A stretch of 64,000 bases of DNA from the NCBI GenBank assembly GCA_029880325.1, contig JAOUOP010000020.1, positions 33,124 through 97,123 on the forward strand, read 5' to 3'. Position numbers and translations under genes: made by a program. Source of the stretch: Myxococcales bacterium. GTDB lineage: Bacteria > Myxococcota_A > Polyangia > Polyangiales > JAFGIB01. Below, one piece after another: positions 40,488 to 49,521 of the stretch; position 1 is the first letter of the stretch; each line of letters starts with the position of its first letter. The notes below the pieces were generated by a model, which worked only from the letters and a program-made list of their open reading frames with translations, had not been told where the DNA came from and ran no database searches.

Positions 40488-41048
40488 ATGAGTGAAGACG
40501 AACGCAGGCGTTGGATCTTCGGTTACGGTTCGCTGGTATGGCGACCGGACTTCCCCTATCTGGAAGCGCGCCCGGCGCTGGTGCACGGTTGGGCGCGGCG
40601 CTTCTATCAGGGCTCGGTCGACCATCGGGGCGTGCCCGGCGCGCCCGGGCGCGTGGTGACGCTTTTGCCCGACCCGCAAGAGCGCTGCTGGGGGCGGGCC
40701 TTTTGCGTTTCGGCCCAGATCTGGCATCAGGTGATCGACCGCCTCGACGCGCGCGAAGTCGGCGGCTACGAGCGGGTGGAGCTTCGCCTGCGGCTCGATC
40801 CGGTGGCCGACGTCGGGCGGGCGCCCGCGTTGCAGCCGGCCCTGACCTACATCGCCACCGAAGACAACGAAAACTACCTGGGCCCGGCCCCGCTCGAAGC
40901 CATCGCCGCCCAGGTGCTGGGGGCGCAGGGGCCGAGCGGTCCTAATATCGAGTACGTACTACGGCTCGCCGAGGCCATGCGTGACATCGGCGCCGATGAC
41001 ACGCACCTCTACGGGCTCGAGCGGGAAGTGCGCCGGCGCATGGGGTGA
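40488..41048 (+). CDS. chaC: Gamma-glutamylcyclotransferase, ChaC family
   Basis: WIFGYGSLVW, QGSVDHRG..PGRVVTL, LDAREVGGY, GPSGPNIEY. Confidence 0.93.
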   Translation: MSEDERRRWIFGYGSLVWRPDFPYLEARPALVHGWARRFYQGSVDHRGVPGAPGRVVTLLPDPQERCWGRAFCVSAQIWHQVIDRLDAREVGGYERVELRLRLDPVADVGRAPALQPALTYIATEDNENYLGPAPLEAIAAQVLGAQGPSGPNIEYVLRLAEAMRDIGADDTHLYGLEREVRRRMG

Positions 41049-41057
41049 GCTGCGCTG

Positions 41058-41226
41058 GCGGCGAGGTCTGGCGCGCTCCTGTTGCCAACACTACCGTGGT
41101 AGCTGAACCTGTTCCCCGGGGTTCGCATTCTTCCCGTCTGAAATGGGCACTTCGGGCTCCGCGGCGGTGGCCGGACGCGGGGTGCAGCACCACGCTCGCA
41201 TGGGTCGGCGCCCGGCGGCTCGCCGC
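41058..41226. ncRNA. Rod-shaped structured RNA candidate, 6S RNA-like
   Basis: Nested complementary segments: GCGGCGAG/CTCGCCGC, CGTGGTAGCTGAACC/GGTGCAGCACCACG, CGGGGTTCG/CGGGCTCCG, CCCGT/ATGGG, with a central asymmetric bubble. Confidence 0.4.
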
Positions 41227-41307
41227 GGGTGAGAGAAGTCTGCCCCGGCCCTCGCCCACGGGGTAAGATTGCCGGCATCGCGGGCGAGCGGAGGCGAGCT
41301 TGCGGCC

Positions 41308-42432
41308 ATGATGACCCAGGAGCCAAGAGATCACATGACCGAGGCGCAATCGGGCAGTCGGCACTTCACCGGCTCGACGGTGTCGCTGACGGCGATCACC
41401 CCGTTTCTGCGCGCGCTGGAAGACCGCGGCCCCGAGCTGTCCTTGCGCGCTCTGGAGCGCGGTGAGCAGGTCCTGCAGCGCTGGGGCCTGAGCGGCGAGA
41501 TGCTGGCGGCCGATCACCGCCTGCGACTGCCCCACGACCTGGTCATCGAGCTGCAGCTGGACTTCATCGATCTGCTCGGCGATCCCGCAGCCCCCCTGCT
41601 CGCCGGCCAGAAGCTGCAGCCAGGCGACTACGAGTTACTTGAGTACCTGTGCGCCAGCTGCAGCACGCTGGGCGAGTCCATCGCCTGCCTGGGCCGCTAC
41701 TACCCGCTGTTGATCGACGCCGAACACACGCTGGCCATCGAGGGCAACCGCGCCGAGGCTCGCTTTCGGATTCGCCCGGGCCTGCAGGCGCCGGACTCGA
41801 TCCACGAGTTCGGCCTGGCCAGCAACTTCACCATGAGCGTCCTGCACCTTCAGCTCGAGGGCGCCGAGCCCTTGCTCGAAGTCTGTCTCGCCCATCCGGC
41901 ACCGCCGCACGCTTCGATCTTTTCCCAGATCTTCATGGCGCCGGTGCGCTTCGGTTGCGAATACAACGCGCTGGTCTTCCCGGTCTCCATGCTCGAGCAC
42001 CCGATGAAGGACGCCGATCCCACGCTGCACTCGCTGCTCACGCGACAGGCCGACAGCGAGCTGGCCGCCCTCTCGATCCATAGCGCCTTTCCAGCCCAGG
42101 TGCGCGAACACATCGAGCGAACCCTGGCGCAAGGCGCAGGTCTCGAGCAGGTGGCCGAGCGCCTGCACCTGAGCCCCAGCGCCCTGCGCACGCGCCTGCG
42201 AAGTCACGGCACCACCTACAGCGCCCTGCTCGACACCCTGCGCCGCGACCACGCCCGCCGCGCCCTGCGCCAGTCGCAGATGAGCGTCGCCGAGATCGCC
42301 CACGCGTTGGGCTTCGCCAACCCGCCCGCCTTCAACCGCGCCTTTCGCCGCTGGTTCGGCGTGGCGCCACTGGCGTTTCGCGAGGCGGCGGTCGATCACC
42401 CGGCCAGTCGCTTTTGGCGCGCGCGGGGGTGA
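41308..42432 (+). CDS. AraC family regulator (Arabinose_bd_2 type N-domain)
   Basis: TLGESI..L.RY..L, APVRFGCEYNAL, C-terminal double HTH (IAHALGF..AFNRAFRRWFG). Confidence 0.93.
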   Translation: MMTQEPRDHMTEAQSGSRHFTGSTVSLTAITPFLRALEDRGPELSLRALERGEQVLQRWGLSGEMLAADHRLRLPHDLVIELQLDFIDLLGDPAAPLLAGQKLQPGDYELLEYLCASCSTLGESIACLGRYYPLLIDAEHTLAIEGNRAEARFRIRPGLQAPDSIHEFGLASNFTMSVLHLQLEGAEPLLEVCLAHPAPPHASIFSQIFMAPVRFGCEYNALVFPVSMLEHPMKDADPTLHSLLTRQADSELAALSIHSAFPAQVREHIERTLAQGAGLEQVAERLHLSPSALRTRLRSHGTTYSALLDTLRRDHARRALRQSQMSVAEIAHALGFANPPAFNRAFRRWFGVAPLAFREAAVDHPASRFWRARG

Positions 42433-42444
42433 GCACCGGGCGTC

Positions 42445-42882
42445 CTACGGGCTGCCTCCGAGTTCGGTCGTACAGTTAGCGACTCCGCCCCGCATTGCGC
42501 ATTTGTAGTTGGCCTTTTGCCCGCAGCCCCGGACCTGGAAGATGAATGTGGACAGTTCGATCACGGTGATCTGGTCACCTGGGCAAGAAAATTCGATGCG
42601 CGCGCGGTCGCGGGCGAGGCCCGTCAGGTTTGCGCACTTCCGATCCCAGCGATGGCACTGGTAGAACTCGCTCTTGCCACATCCGTGCGCCCGATAGGTG
42701 TTGTTGGTGACGGTTTCGACGCTGGTTTCCGCTTCGCCGCACTGGAACTCGGCTTGGGCGCGGAGATGAACGAGACGCTTGAGGCCGCCGTAGCGCTGGC
42801 AGCCACCGGCCGCGAGGACGAGCAACGAGACCAATGTAGCCCAGCCGCAAAGCGTGCGTAGCATGGTAGTGGCACCGAACAT
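42445..42882 (-). CDS. Small lipoprotein with two Cys-containing repeats
   Basis: AGGC lipobox; RA..EF.C.....GCG....Y.C occurs twice. Confidence 0.7.
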   Translation of the reverse strand: MFGATTMLRTLCGWATLVSLLVLAAGGCQRYGGLKRLVHLRAQAEFQCGEAETSVETVTNNTYRAHGCGKSEFYQCHRWDRKCANLTGLARDRARIEFSCPGDQITVIELSTFIFQVRGCGQKANYKCAMRGGVANCTTELGGSP

Positions 42883-43032
42883 CGGGGCGAGCCTGCCATA
42901 GTTCGAGCCAAAGAGAACCGCCGATCGGGGGTTCTCTTTGGCTCGCTTCCCGCATGGCAGCAGCGCACGCTCGGCCTCACTCGACGCCGACGCCATGGCC
43001 GGGTACCGTCGCCGCGTAACCAAGGACCGACG

Positions 43033-43716
43033 ATGCTGCAACTGCTTGGATTTTCGGCGAGCAACTACTACAGCCTGGTGAAACTGGCGCTGCTCGAAAA
43101 GGGCGTGCCTTTCGAGGAAGTCGAGGTCTACACCGGCGCCGGGCCCAGCTACCGGCCCGACTACCTGGAGCTCAGCCCTCTGGGCAAGGTGCCGTGTTTG
43201 AAAACGCCGGAAGGGCCGATCAGCGAGTCGCGCTGCATTTTGCAGTACCTGGAAGTCGCCCACCCCGAGCCGGCGCTCTTTCCTACCGGGGCCTACGCGC
43301 GGGCCAAGCACGATGAACTCTACCAGGTGATCGAGTTCTATCTGGAGCTGGCGTCGCGGCGGGTCCTACCCTACGTGCTCAGCGGTCGCCAGGCGCCCGA
43401 GGTGATCAAGGCCGAGACCCGAAAGGACGTGGAAAAGGGGGCGGCCGCACTGCAGCAGCTCGGGCGTTTCGAGCAATTTCTGACCGGCGAGAGCCTGCGC
43501 GCGGTGGATCTGGCCGCCACCCTGCACATTCCAATCACCTCCTTCATGATGAAGGGGGCCTTCGGCGACGATCCGCTGGCGAAGCTCGACGGGCTGTCGG
43601 ACTACCTGGCGCGCATGGAGGCCCGCCCCCACGTGCAGCGCATTCGCAAGGACACCCAGGAAAACCTGCCGAGGTTCATGGCCCACATTCGGGCGCACTA
43701 CGCCAGCGCCACGTAG
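43033..43716 (+). CDS. Glutathione S-transferase
   Basis: SNYY..VKLALLEKG, SPLGKVP, ISES; AAGGA RBS. Confidence 0.93.
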   Translation: MLQLLGFSASNYYSLVKLALLEKGVPFEEVEVYTGAGPSYRPDYLELSPLGKVPCLKTPEGPISESRCILQYLEVAHPEPALFPTGAYARAKHDELYQVIEFYLELASRRVLPYVLSGRQAPEVIKAETRKDVEKGAAALQQLGRFEQFLTGESLRAVDLAATLHIPITSFMMKGAFGDDPLAKLDGLSDYLARMEARPHVQRIRKDTQENLPRFMAHIRAHYASAT

Positions 43717-44396
43717 ATGTTCTGCACGTCGTCGTCGGCGTCCATGTTCTCGAGCCAGGCTTCCACTTCTTCGCGTGCCCCGGCCTCCAGGGTCACCGGG
43801 TTCTTGGCGAGCCACGCCAGCGCCGAGGACTCGATGTTCCAACCCCGCTCCGACAGCGCCCGGCCCACGGCGTCGAGCTGGTCGGGGGCGGTCAGAAATG
43901 CCTGGGCGCCGTCGTCGGCGGGGCGCACGTCGTCGGCGCCGGCCTCGATGGCGGCTTCCTCCGGGTCTTCTCCCTGCGCGGGCGGCTGCGCCTCGATGAC
44001 GCCGCGGCGGTCGAAGTCCCAGGAGACCGACCCGCTGGCCCCCTGCTGACCCTTGCGGAAGAGCACGCGCATGCTCGAGGCGGTGCGGTTTTTGTTGTCG
44101 GTCAGGCACTCCACGATCACGGGCACCTGATGGGGCGCGAAGCCCTCGTAGGTGACCAGCTCGAGATTCAGCGGGCCGTCGAGCAGACCAGCCCCCTTCT
44201 TGATCGCGCGTTCGAGGGTGTCGCGGGGCAGCGAGTGCTTCTTGGCGGTGTCGATGGCCAGGCGTAGGGCCGCGTTCAGCGCGGGGTCGGCGCCGCCGCG
44301 CGCGGCCATCATGACTTCCTTGGCGAGCTTGCCGAAAAGGCGGCCCCGCTGATCGGCAGCTGCCACCCGATGCTTTTGCTTCCACTGGGCGCCCAT
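43698..44396 (-). CDS. yebC: YebC/PmpR family protein
   Basis: MGAQWK, GADPALNAALR, YEGFAPH, TDNKNRT, DDDVQNIY. Confidence 0.95.
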   Translation of the reverse strand: MGAQWKQKHRVAAADQRGRLFGKLAKEVMMAARGGADPALNAALRLAIDTAKKHSLPRDTLERAIKKGAGLLDGPLNLELVTYEGFAPHQVPVIVECLTDNKNRTASSMRVLFRKGQQGASGSVSWDFDRRGVIEAQPPAQGEDPEEAAIEAGADDVRPADDGAQAFLTAPDQLDAVGRALSERGWNIESSALAWLAKNPVTLEAGAREEVEAWLENMDADDDVQNIYVALA

Positions 44397-44701
44397 GGGC
44401 GCAGTGTAACCGATCGACCGCCAGGACGAGCCCACGGCGAAAATCGCCTCCAGTCGCGATTTCCGCCACCCACTTGGCGATTGCTGTCGCAGGCCCTTGA
44501 GTGTGCAAAACGCTGCCAAATGCCGGGTCCCGGTTGCGCCAGGTCAAGGCCAGCTCCGGGCGGGCCGCGTAGATTTCCGGCAGGCGAACGGGCTGCCATC
44601 CGAGGACGCGATGTCCGAGCCAAAGCGCTCACCGGTGGCCAGTTCGGTATGAGTTCCGCGGCCTGTGAGTGCCGCGGTGGTTGGGTTGATAGGAGTTGAT
44701 A

Positions 44702-46210
44702 ATGTTGGGTCATTCAATCGATTTGCGCGCCATGCCGATCGCCTTGCTCGCGCTGGCCTGGGCCGGCGCGGCCTGTTCCGGAGAGTCGGACTCGAAGCAG
44801 GGCGATGGCGCGGGCGCTTCGGCCTCGGTCACCGATGAGGGCGACGGCGCGGGAGGCGGCGGCGCCTCGAGCGCTGTCGACGCGATTCCGTGTGGCGTGG
44901 CCGAGGTGGTGATCAACGACTGCCAGGGTTGCCACAGTGCACAGATGGTCGGCGGCGCGATCCCCCTGCTCACCCACGATGACTGGCACCAGGCCTCGCC
45001 ATTCTATGCCGACAAAGAGGGGCTCGAGGCGGAGACCAAGGTCTACGAGGTGGCCAAGATCCGCATCGGCGACGGCTCGATGCCCCAGGGCGCGACCCTG
45101 GCCGAGGCCGACTTCAAGGTGCTCGACGAGTGGCTGGCCGCCGGAGCCCCCGCTGGCACCGAAGACGATGCCAGCTGCATCGCAGACCTGGCCACCGCAA
45201 GCGCCACCGGCTCGGGCGATATCGTGCGCGACAAGGACGACGAGTGCGGTCGCCCCGGCGCTGAAGACCCCATCGTCGCGCGCGACGGTGAGCGCTGTTT
45301 CAACTTCTTGACGCACGGTCAAAGCGGTGTCGACGACACCACGAAGTTCCCTGTCCCCCCGGGCGAGTCCTATCACGAGATCTACTACGCGACGCCCTGG
45401 GAAAACGACGACGTGATGACGCGATTTGGCCACCAGTTCGACAGGCTCGAGGTGCTCCATCACTACTTGATCTTCACCAACAACAACAGCAGCAGGCAGC
45501 CGGGCGACGTGGCGATGAACGTGGCCGGCTCGACGCTCGGCACCGGTTCGACCCTGATCGGCGGCTGGGCCGTGGGTGGCTGCGGTCAGGAGTTTCCCGA
45601 GGATCTCGGGGGTGAGCTGCCCGATTCACCGCTGGTGATGATCCAGTGGCACATGTACAACCTCACGGGCGAGACCCAGGACGACGGCAGCGAGCTGACG
45701 ATTTGCGTGGTGCCCGAGAGCGACCGCGACAACATCGCAGGGGTGACCTTCCTCGGCACCGAGTCGCTGGGTGGCATCTCGGTGGCCGGCATCTCCCTGG
45801 GCGGCATGGGTCCGGGCGAGCAGAACTTCACCACCGAATGCAAAAACGAGTCCGAGGGCAAGGTGACGCTGCTGGGCTTCACGCCGCACATGCACCTCAT
45901 CGGCACCAATATGAAGACCGAGCTCAGGCGCCTGGACGGCACGGTCGAGACCATCTTCGACAAGCCCTTCAGCTTCGACTACCAGGTGGGCTACACGCTG
46001 CCCCAGCGCGTGGTGGTGGAGCCAGGCGAGACCCTGATCACGACCTGCAGCTACTTCAACGACACCGGCGCCAACGTCGGTTTCGGCGAGTCGACGGGTG
46101 CGGAGATGTGCTACAATTACGTCTCCTACTATCCGGCGGGGGCCCTGGACATTCCGGGCATCGCCAGCCTCATCGGCGCCACCAACATCTGCTGGGGCCC
46201 GGTTCTCTGA
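44702..46210 (+). CDS. Lipoprotein: cytochrome c domain plus copper type II (PHM/DBM-like) monooxygenase
   Basis: GAAC lipobox, CQGCH and SMP; LHHY, QWH, PHMHLIG, EMC. Confidence 0.82.
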   Translation: MLGHSIDLRAMPIALLALAWAGAACSGESDSKQGDGAGASASVTDEGDGAGGGGASSAVDAIPCGVAEVVINDCQGCHSAQMVGGAIPLLTHDDWHQASPFYADKEGLEAETKVYEVAKIRIGDGSMPQGATLAEADFKVLDEWLAAGAPAGTEDDASCIADLATASATGSGDIVRDKDDECGRPGAEDPIVARDGERCFNFLTHGQSGVDDTTKFPVPPGESYHEIYYATPWENDDVMTRFGHQFDRLEVLHHYLIFTNNNSSRQPGDVAMNVAGSTLGTGSTLIGGWAVGGCGQEFPEDLGGELPDSPLVMIQWHMYNLTGETQDDGSELTICVVPESDRDNIAGVTFLGTESLGGISVAGISLGGMGPGEQNFTTECKNESEGKVTLLGFTPHMHLIGTNMKTELRRLDGTVETIFDKPFSFDYQVGYTLPQRVVVEPGETLITTCSYFNDTGANVGFGESTGAEMCYNYVSYYPAGALDIPGIASLIGATNICWGPVL

Positions 46211-46291
46211 GGCGTTCGGCTGGCACAGGCCGGCGGTAGCTGGCCGCGGTCGACTGACGACGACGGACTCCAGAACTTTCTGGGGCCGTCG

Positions 46292-46801
46292 TTGTCGATC
46301 CATCAGGCCATGTTCCACGCGCTGCTCGCCGTCAACGCTCTGACCTGGTGTGTGATCATGTACGGCTTTGCGGTCGAGCTACGGCGGCGCGAGCCGGCTC
46401 CCCAGCGGGTTCTGGCGCACCGGGCCTGGCGGGCTTCGCAGTTCGTGGTGGCCGAGGCGCGGGCGCTGGGGCCGCTGCACCGGCGTCTTTTGCGTGCGGC
46501 GCTGCATTATCAGCAGCGGGCTGCGGCCATTGCAGGCGCGCTCGACGCCCCTCGGCGGCCTGCGGTTGGGGCTTTGCGGCTGGCTGAACTCGCGGCCCGC
46601 CCAGCGCTCGCTTCGCTGGGCCTGTCGTGGCGACAGCGTCGCGAGGAACTGTTCGAACTCGCCCACATGGTCGAGCAACTCGAGGCGCTGGGGGCTGCCA
46701 CCGCGCGCTACCGCGCGGGCATCGGAAGGCTGTGGGAGCTGGACATTCCGCTGCGCTCCCTGGACTGCGGCGCCCTCGAGGCTTGTCAGTCGAAGCGGTA
46801 G
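46292..46801 (+). CDS. Hypothetical protein with N-terminal hydrophobic segment
   Basis: Fills the gap between genes and has a TM-like N-terminus; no recognisable motif. Confidence 0.4.
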   Translation: MSIHQAMFHALLAVNALTWCVIMYGFAVELRRREPAPQRVLAHRAWRASQFVVAEARALGPLHRRLLRAALHYQQRAAAIAGALDAPRRPAVGALRLAELAARPALASLGLSWRQRREELFELAHMVEQLEALGAATARYRAGIGRLWELDIPLRSLDCGALEACQSKR

Positions 46802-47544
46802 CCGTCGAAGCGGTAGCCGACGGTGCCGAAGACACCGAAGGTCGAGTCGCCGTCGCCGGGGATGATGGTGCTGCGCAGATCGCCGCCGAACTCCCAGGCG
46901 CCCGAGGTGAACAGCAGGGTCAAGCCGGGTCCCAGGGTGAAGTAGACGGGCACTGTGCGGACTTCCGGTTCGCCCGGCGACTGCTTGCTGACCATGCCGA
47001 CGGCCGCACCCAGCATCAGGGTCGGTCGGATGATGATGCTGTCGCTCGCCCACAGGTTGTAGCCGAACTCCGAGCCCATCAGCATGTAGTTGGCCGAGGT
47101 CTTGCGGATTACGGGGGGAATGCCCGCGGCTTCCCCGTCGTCGTGGCTGGTGCCCAGGTAGTAGAAGTAATAGAGGCCGGTGTAGAGGTCGAAGTTCCAG
47201 CTGTAACCGCCGCGCAGGGCCGCTCCCAGCCCGTAGGGGTGGACGCTCTCGGTGCTGATGCGGTCGGTCTTGAAGCTGTAGCCCAACAGCAGAGCCGCAT
47301 CCCAGGGCAGTCCGTCGCCCGCGCCCTCGGCGACCGGGGCCTCTTGTTTGGCCGCGGGCTTGGGCTTTTCCTCGTCCGGCGGCGGGCGTTCCCAGGAACC
47401 GTCGTCCTGTTCGTAGTCGCCATCGGCCGGCGCGTCGCCTTCGCCGCCCTCTGAACTCTCCTCGTCGTCCTGGGCGAGGACTGGCGCCGCGGCACAGAGC
47501 GCGAGCAAGAGGGTTACCAAAATGGAACAGAGGTACTTTGCCAT
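46786..47544 (-). CDS. Outer-membrane beta-barrel protein (OmpA-like membrane domain)
   Basis: Signal VLA-Q, acidic linker, PYGLGAALRGGY, terminal VGYRF. Confidence 0.8.
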   Translation of the reverse strand: MAKYLCSILVTLLLALCAAAPVLAQDDEESSEGGEGDAPADGDYEQDDGSWERPPPDEEKPKPAAKQEAPVAEGAGDGLPWDAALLLGYSFKTDRISTESVHPYGLGAALRGGYSWNFDLYTGLYYFYYLGTSHDDGEAAGIPPVIRKTSANYMLMGSEFGYNLWASDSIIIRPTLMLGAAVGMVSKQSPGEPEVRTVPVYFTLGPGLTLLFTSGAWEFGGDLRSTIIPGDGDSTFGVFGTVGYRFDGYRFD

Positions 47545-47692
47545 CGAATGCTCCCGCTGGACGATGGCGCCAGTTTGTACTGCAAGCGCACCGTGAAGGA
47601 AAGGGTACGCCCGTGTGATCAGGGCCGCGCCAACATCACTTCCGCCGTTACGCAGCCGAGGGGAAAGCTATTTTGTCGCGCTTCGGCAGCCC

Positions 47693-48460
47693 TCAGAAGT
47701 ACTTGCCGGCGACCAGCATGATGGCAAGCGCGGAGATTTCCCCTTCGCCGTTGAAGATCACGGGTACGGTCGCGTCGCCACCCACGAAGAATTCGGGTGT
47801 CAGCGCGTAGGTCAGACGTGCGCCGGGCGCCAGATAGAAGTCCTGGGCCGAGCCGTCGTCGACGTTGGTGCTCGCCGGATCGCTGTCGCTCCAGAACTGC
47901 ATCGCAAGGCCCAGATCCAGGGACAGTCGAAACTGCCAGACGCGATCCTGGTGCAGGATGTAGGCCCCCTCCATCGCCAGCATCAACCAAAAGATACCGG
48001 CGCTGCCGCCGCCCGTGTAGCTGACGCTGTCGCCAAAGTAATACTGGGCGCGCCCGCCGACCACCCAGGGACCAAATTGATAACCCCCAGTGATTCCCAG
48101 GCCGATGCCGAAGGGCTCGAAGTCCCGCGCCGTGGTCGGCACGCGGACGAAGACCGAGTCGTCGGCCAGGTTCATACCGTAGCCGAAGAGCAGTGAACCG
48201 CTCAGGGCGTGCACTTCCGCCAAATCGACCGCGTCTTCGCTCCCCTCGGCGTCGTCGCTGGCCTCCCGGTCCTGCGTCGGCGCGGGTTGTAAGTCGGCGT
48301 CGGCGCCATTGCTCTCCCCCGAGCTTTCCTCGCCGCCCTCCTCGTCTTCGAGTTCGGGCAAGGTGGTGACGGGCACGTCGCGCTGCAGCGCCGGGATGTG
48401 CCTTTGGGCCTGTGCTTGTGTGGCAGACAACAGCAGCGAAAGGGCTGCCAGAAGCCGCAT
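47693..48460 (-). CDS. Outer-membrane beta-barrel protein, paralogue of the neighbour
   Basis: Signal AQA, acidic linker, PFGIGLGITGGY, YYFG, terminal Phe (AGKYF). Confidence 0.8.
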   Translation of the reverse strand: MRLLAALSLLLSATQAQAQRHIPALQRDVPVTTLPELEDEEGGEESSGESNGADADLQPAPTQDREASDDAEGSEDAVDLAEVHALSGSLLFGYGMNLADDSVFVRVPTTARDFEPFGIGLGITGGYQFGPWVVGGRAQYYFGDSVSYTGGGSAGIFWLMLAMEGAYILHQDRVWQFRLSLDLGLAMQFWSDSDPASTNVDDGSAQDFYLAPGARLTYALTPEFFVGGDATVPVIFNGEGEISALAIMLVAGKYF

Positions 48461-48543
48461 CGATGTGGTTTGGATCGAGCCGAGGGCTGGCTGCGTTTGC
48501 ATGAGCCCACAATGGTAGCCCATGGGCTTGGCCCGGTGGGACT

Positions 48544-48957
48544 TCAGACGGCGGGCTGTTCGCGCTCGTTCGCTTCCGGCGCCTGTGGCCGCTCCGAGTC
48601 GCCGCCGCCGGGGTCGGGCTCGATGTGCGTGGGGTGGCTGGGCGGCGCTGGGCTGCTGGGGCCGGCGGCCAGGGGTAGCTTCGCCGACGGCGCCGCCCGC
48701 TGTGCGGCCTCCAGATCCACCCTGGGGCCGCCGCTTCCGCTGCTCGCCCGCGCCGCCGCCACCAGGCCCGCCATCGTCAGGCGTGCGCGGCTGGCGTCGA
48801 CCAGGCCCTTGCGTTCGAGCTCGACCAGCAAGCGGGCCGCCTCGGTGGGAGTCACGGAGGCCGCTGCTGCCAGCGTGGTGGCACTGATATGGCCCGTGTC
48901 CCGACTGAGGCAGAACAGGGCGTGCAGGATGCGTGGAGCCATGCGATCTTGTGTCAT
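48544..48957 (-). CDS. Small winged-helix domain protein
   Basis: ILHAL...SATTLAAAASVTPTEAARLLVELERKGLVD..RLTMAG. Confidence 0.7.
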   Translation of the reverse strand: MTQDRMAPRILHALFCLSRDTGHISATTLAAAASVTPTEAARLLVELERKGLVDASRARLTMAGLVAAARASSGSGGPRVDLEAAQRAAPSAKLPLAAGPSSPAPPSHPTHIEPDPGGGDSERPQAPEANEREQPAV

Positions 48958-48977
48958 GCTCCGAGCCTGGGCCAAAA

Positions 48978-48993
48978 CTGAAAACGTGTCCAG
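48978..48993. promoter_or_regulatory. LexA(SOS)-box-like palindrome CTGAAAACGTGTCCAG
   Basis: CTG-N10-CAG inside a 22-bp imperfect palindrome; one mismatch to the 16-bp core of the Myxococcus LexA consensus CTRHAMRYBYGTTCAG. Confidence 0.55.
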
Positions 48994-49053
48994 TTTCCAG
49001 CGTTCAGCGCAATCACTAGTGGATAACCTCGCGAAAACACCGAGAAAAACACC

Positions 49054-49503
49054 ATGAGTCTGCCCCCCTGCGGTCTCTACCGAACCACCGCCGCCATCGC
49101 CTCGATCCCCGAAGGGCGCCTGGTCTACTTCCATAACCACGGCGATCCGGGGCCGGGGCTGTATCTGCCCGAGAGTTGGAAGGCCAACCGCATGCAGCTG
49201 TCGCCGCGGGGCACGCTGCTGCCGAGCCCCGAGGACGTGCGTTACCTGGAGCCGCTGCCGCCCGAGGGCTTTTACCGCGTGGTCGAGGCCTTCGACTGCT
49301 GCGACAAGAAGTGCCGCCGCTTCGAGCAGGAGGCGCTCTTGCAGCTGGGCTACAACGGTGAGGGCCACGCCATCGTCTTCGTGCCCGAGTGGGTCGATGG
49401 CATGTTGGCGATCCCCGAGCGCGGCAGCCGCATCGACGCCAAGAACTTCGAGCGTATCAAGCGCCTGCGCGTACCCGAGAGCCAGCCGCGCGAGGTGCAC
49501 TGA
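49054..49503 (+). CDS. Hypothetical protein
   Basis: Good codon bias; LVYFHNHGDPGPG, EGFYRV, CC.K.C, LQLGYNG. Confidence 0.8.
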   Translation: MSLPPCGLYRTTAAIASIPEGRLVYFHNHGDPGPGLYLPESWKANRMQLSPRGTLLPSPEDVRYLEPLPPEGFYRVVEAFDCCDKKCRRFEQEALLQLGYNGEGHAIVFVPEWVDGMLAIPERGSRIDAKNFERIKRLRVPESQPREVH

Positions 49504-49521
49504 GGGCTCGCGCGGCCGGTT

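Noticed and set aside
43698-43716. 19-bp convergent overlap of GST and yebC
   Set aside because: Short 3' overlaps are common and need no special explanation.
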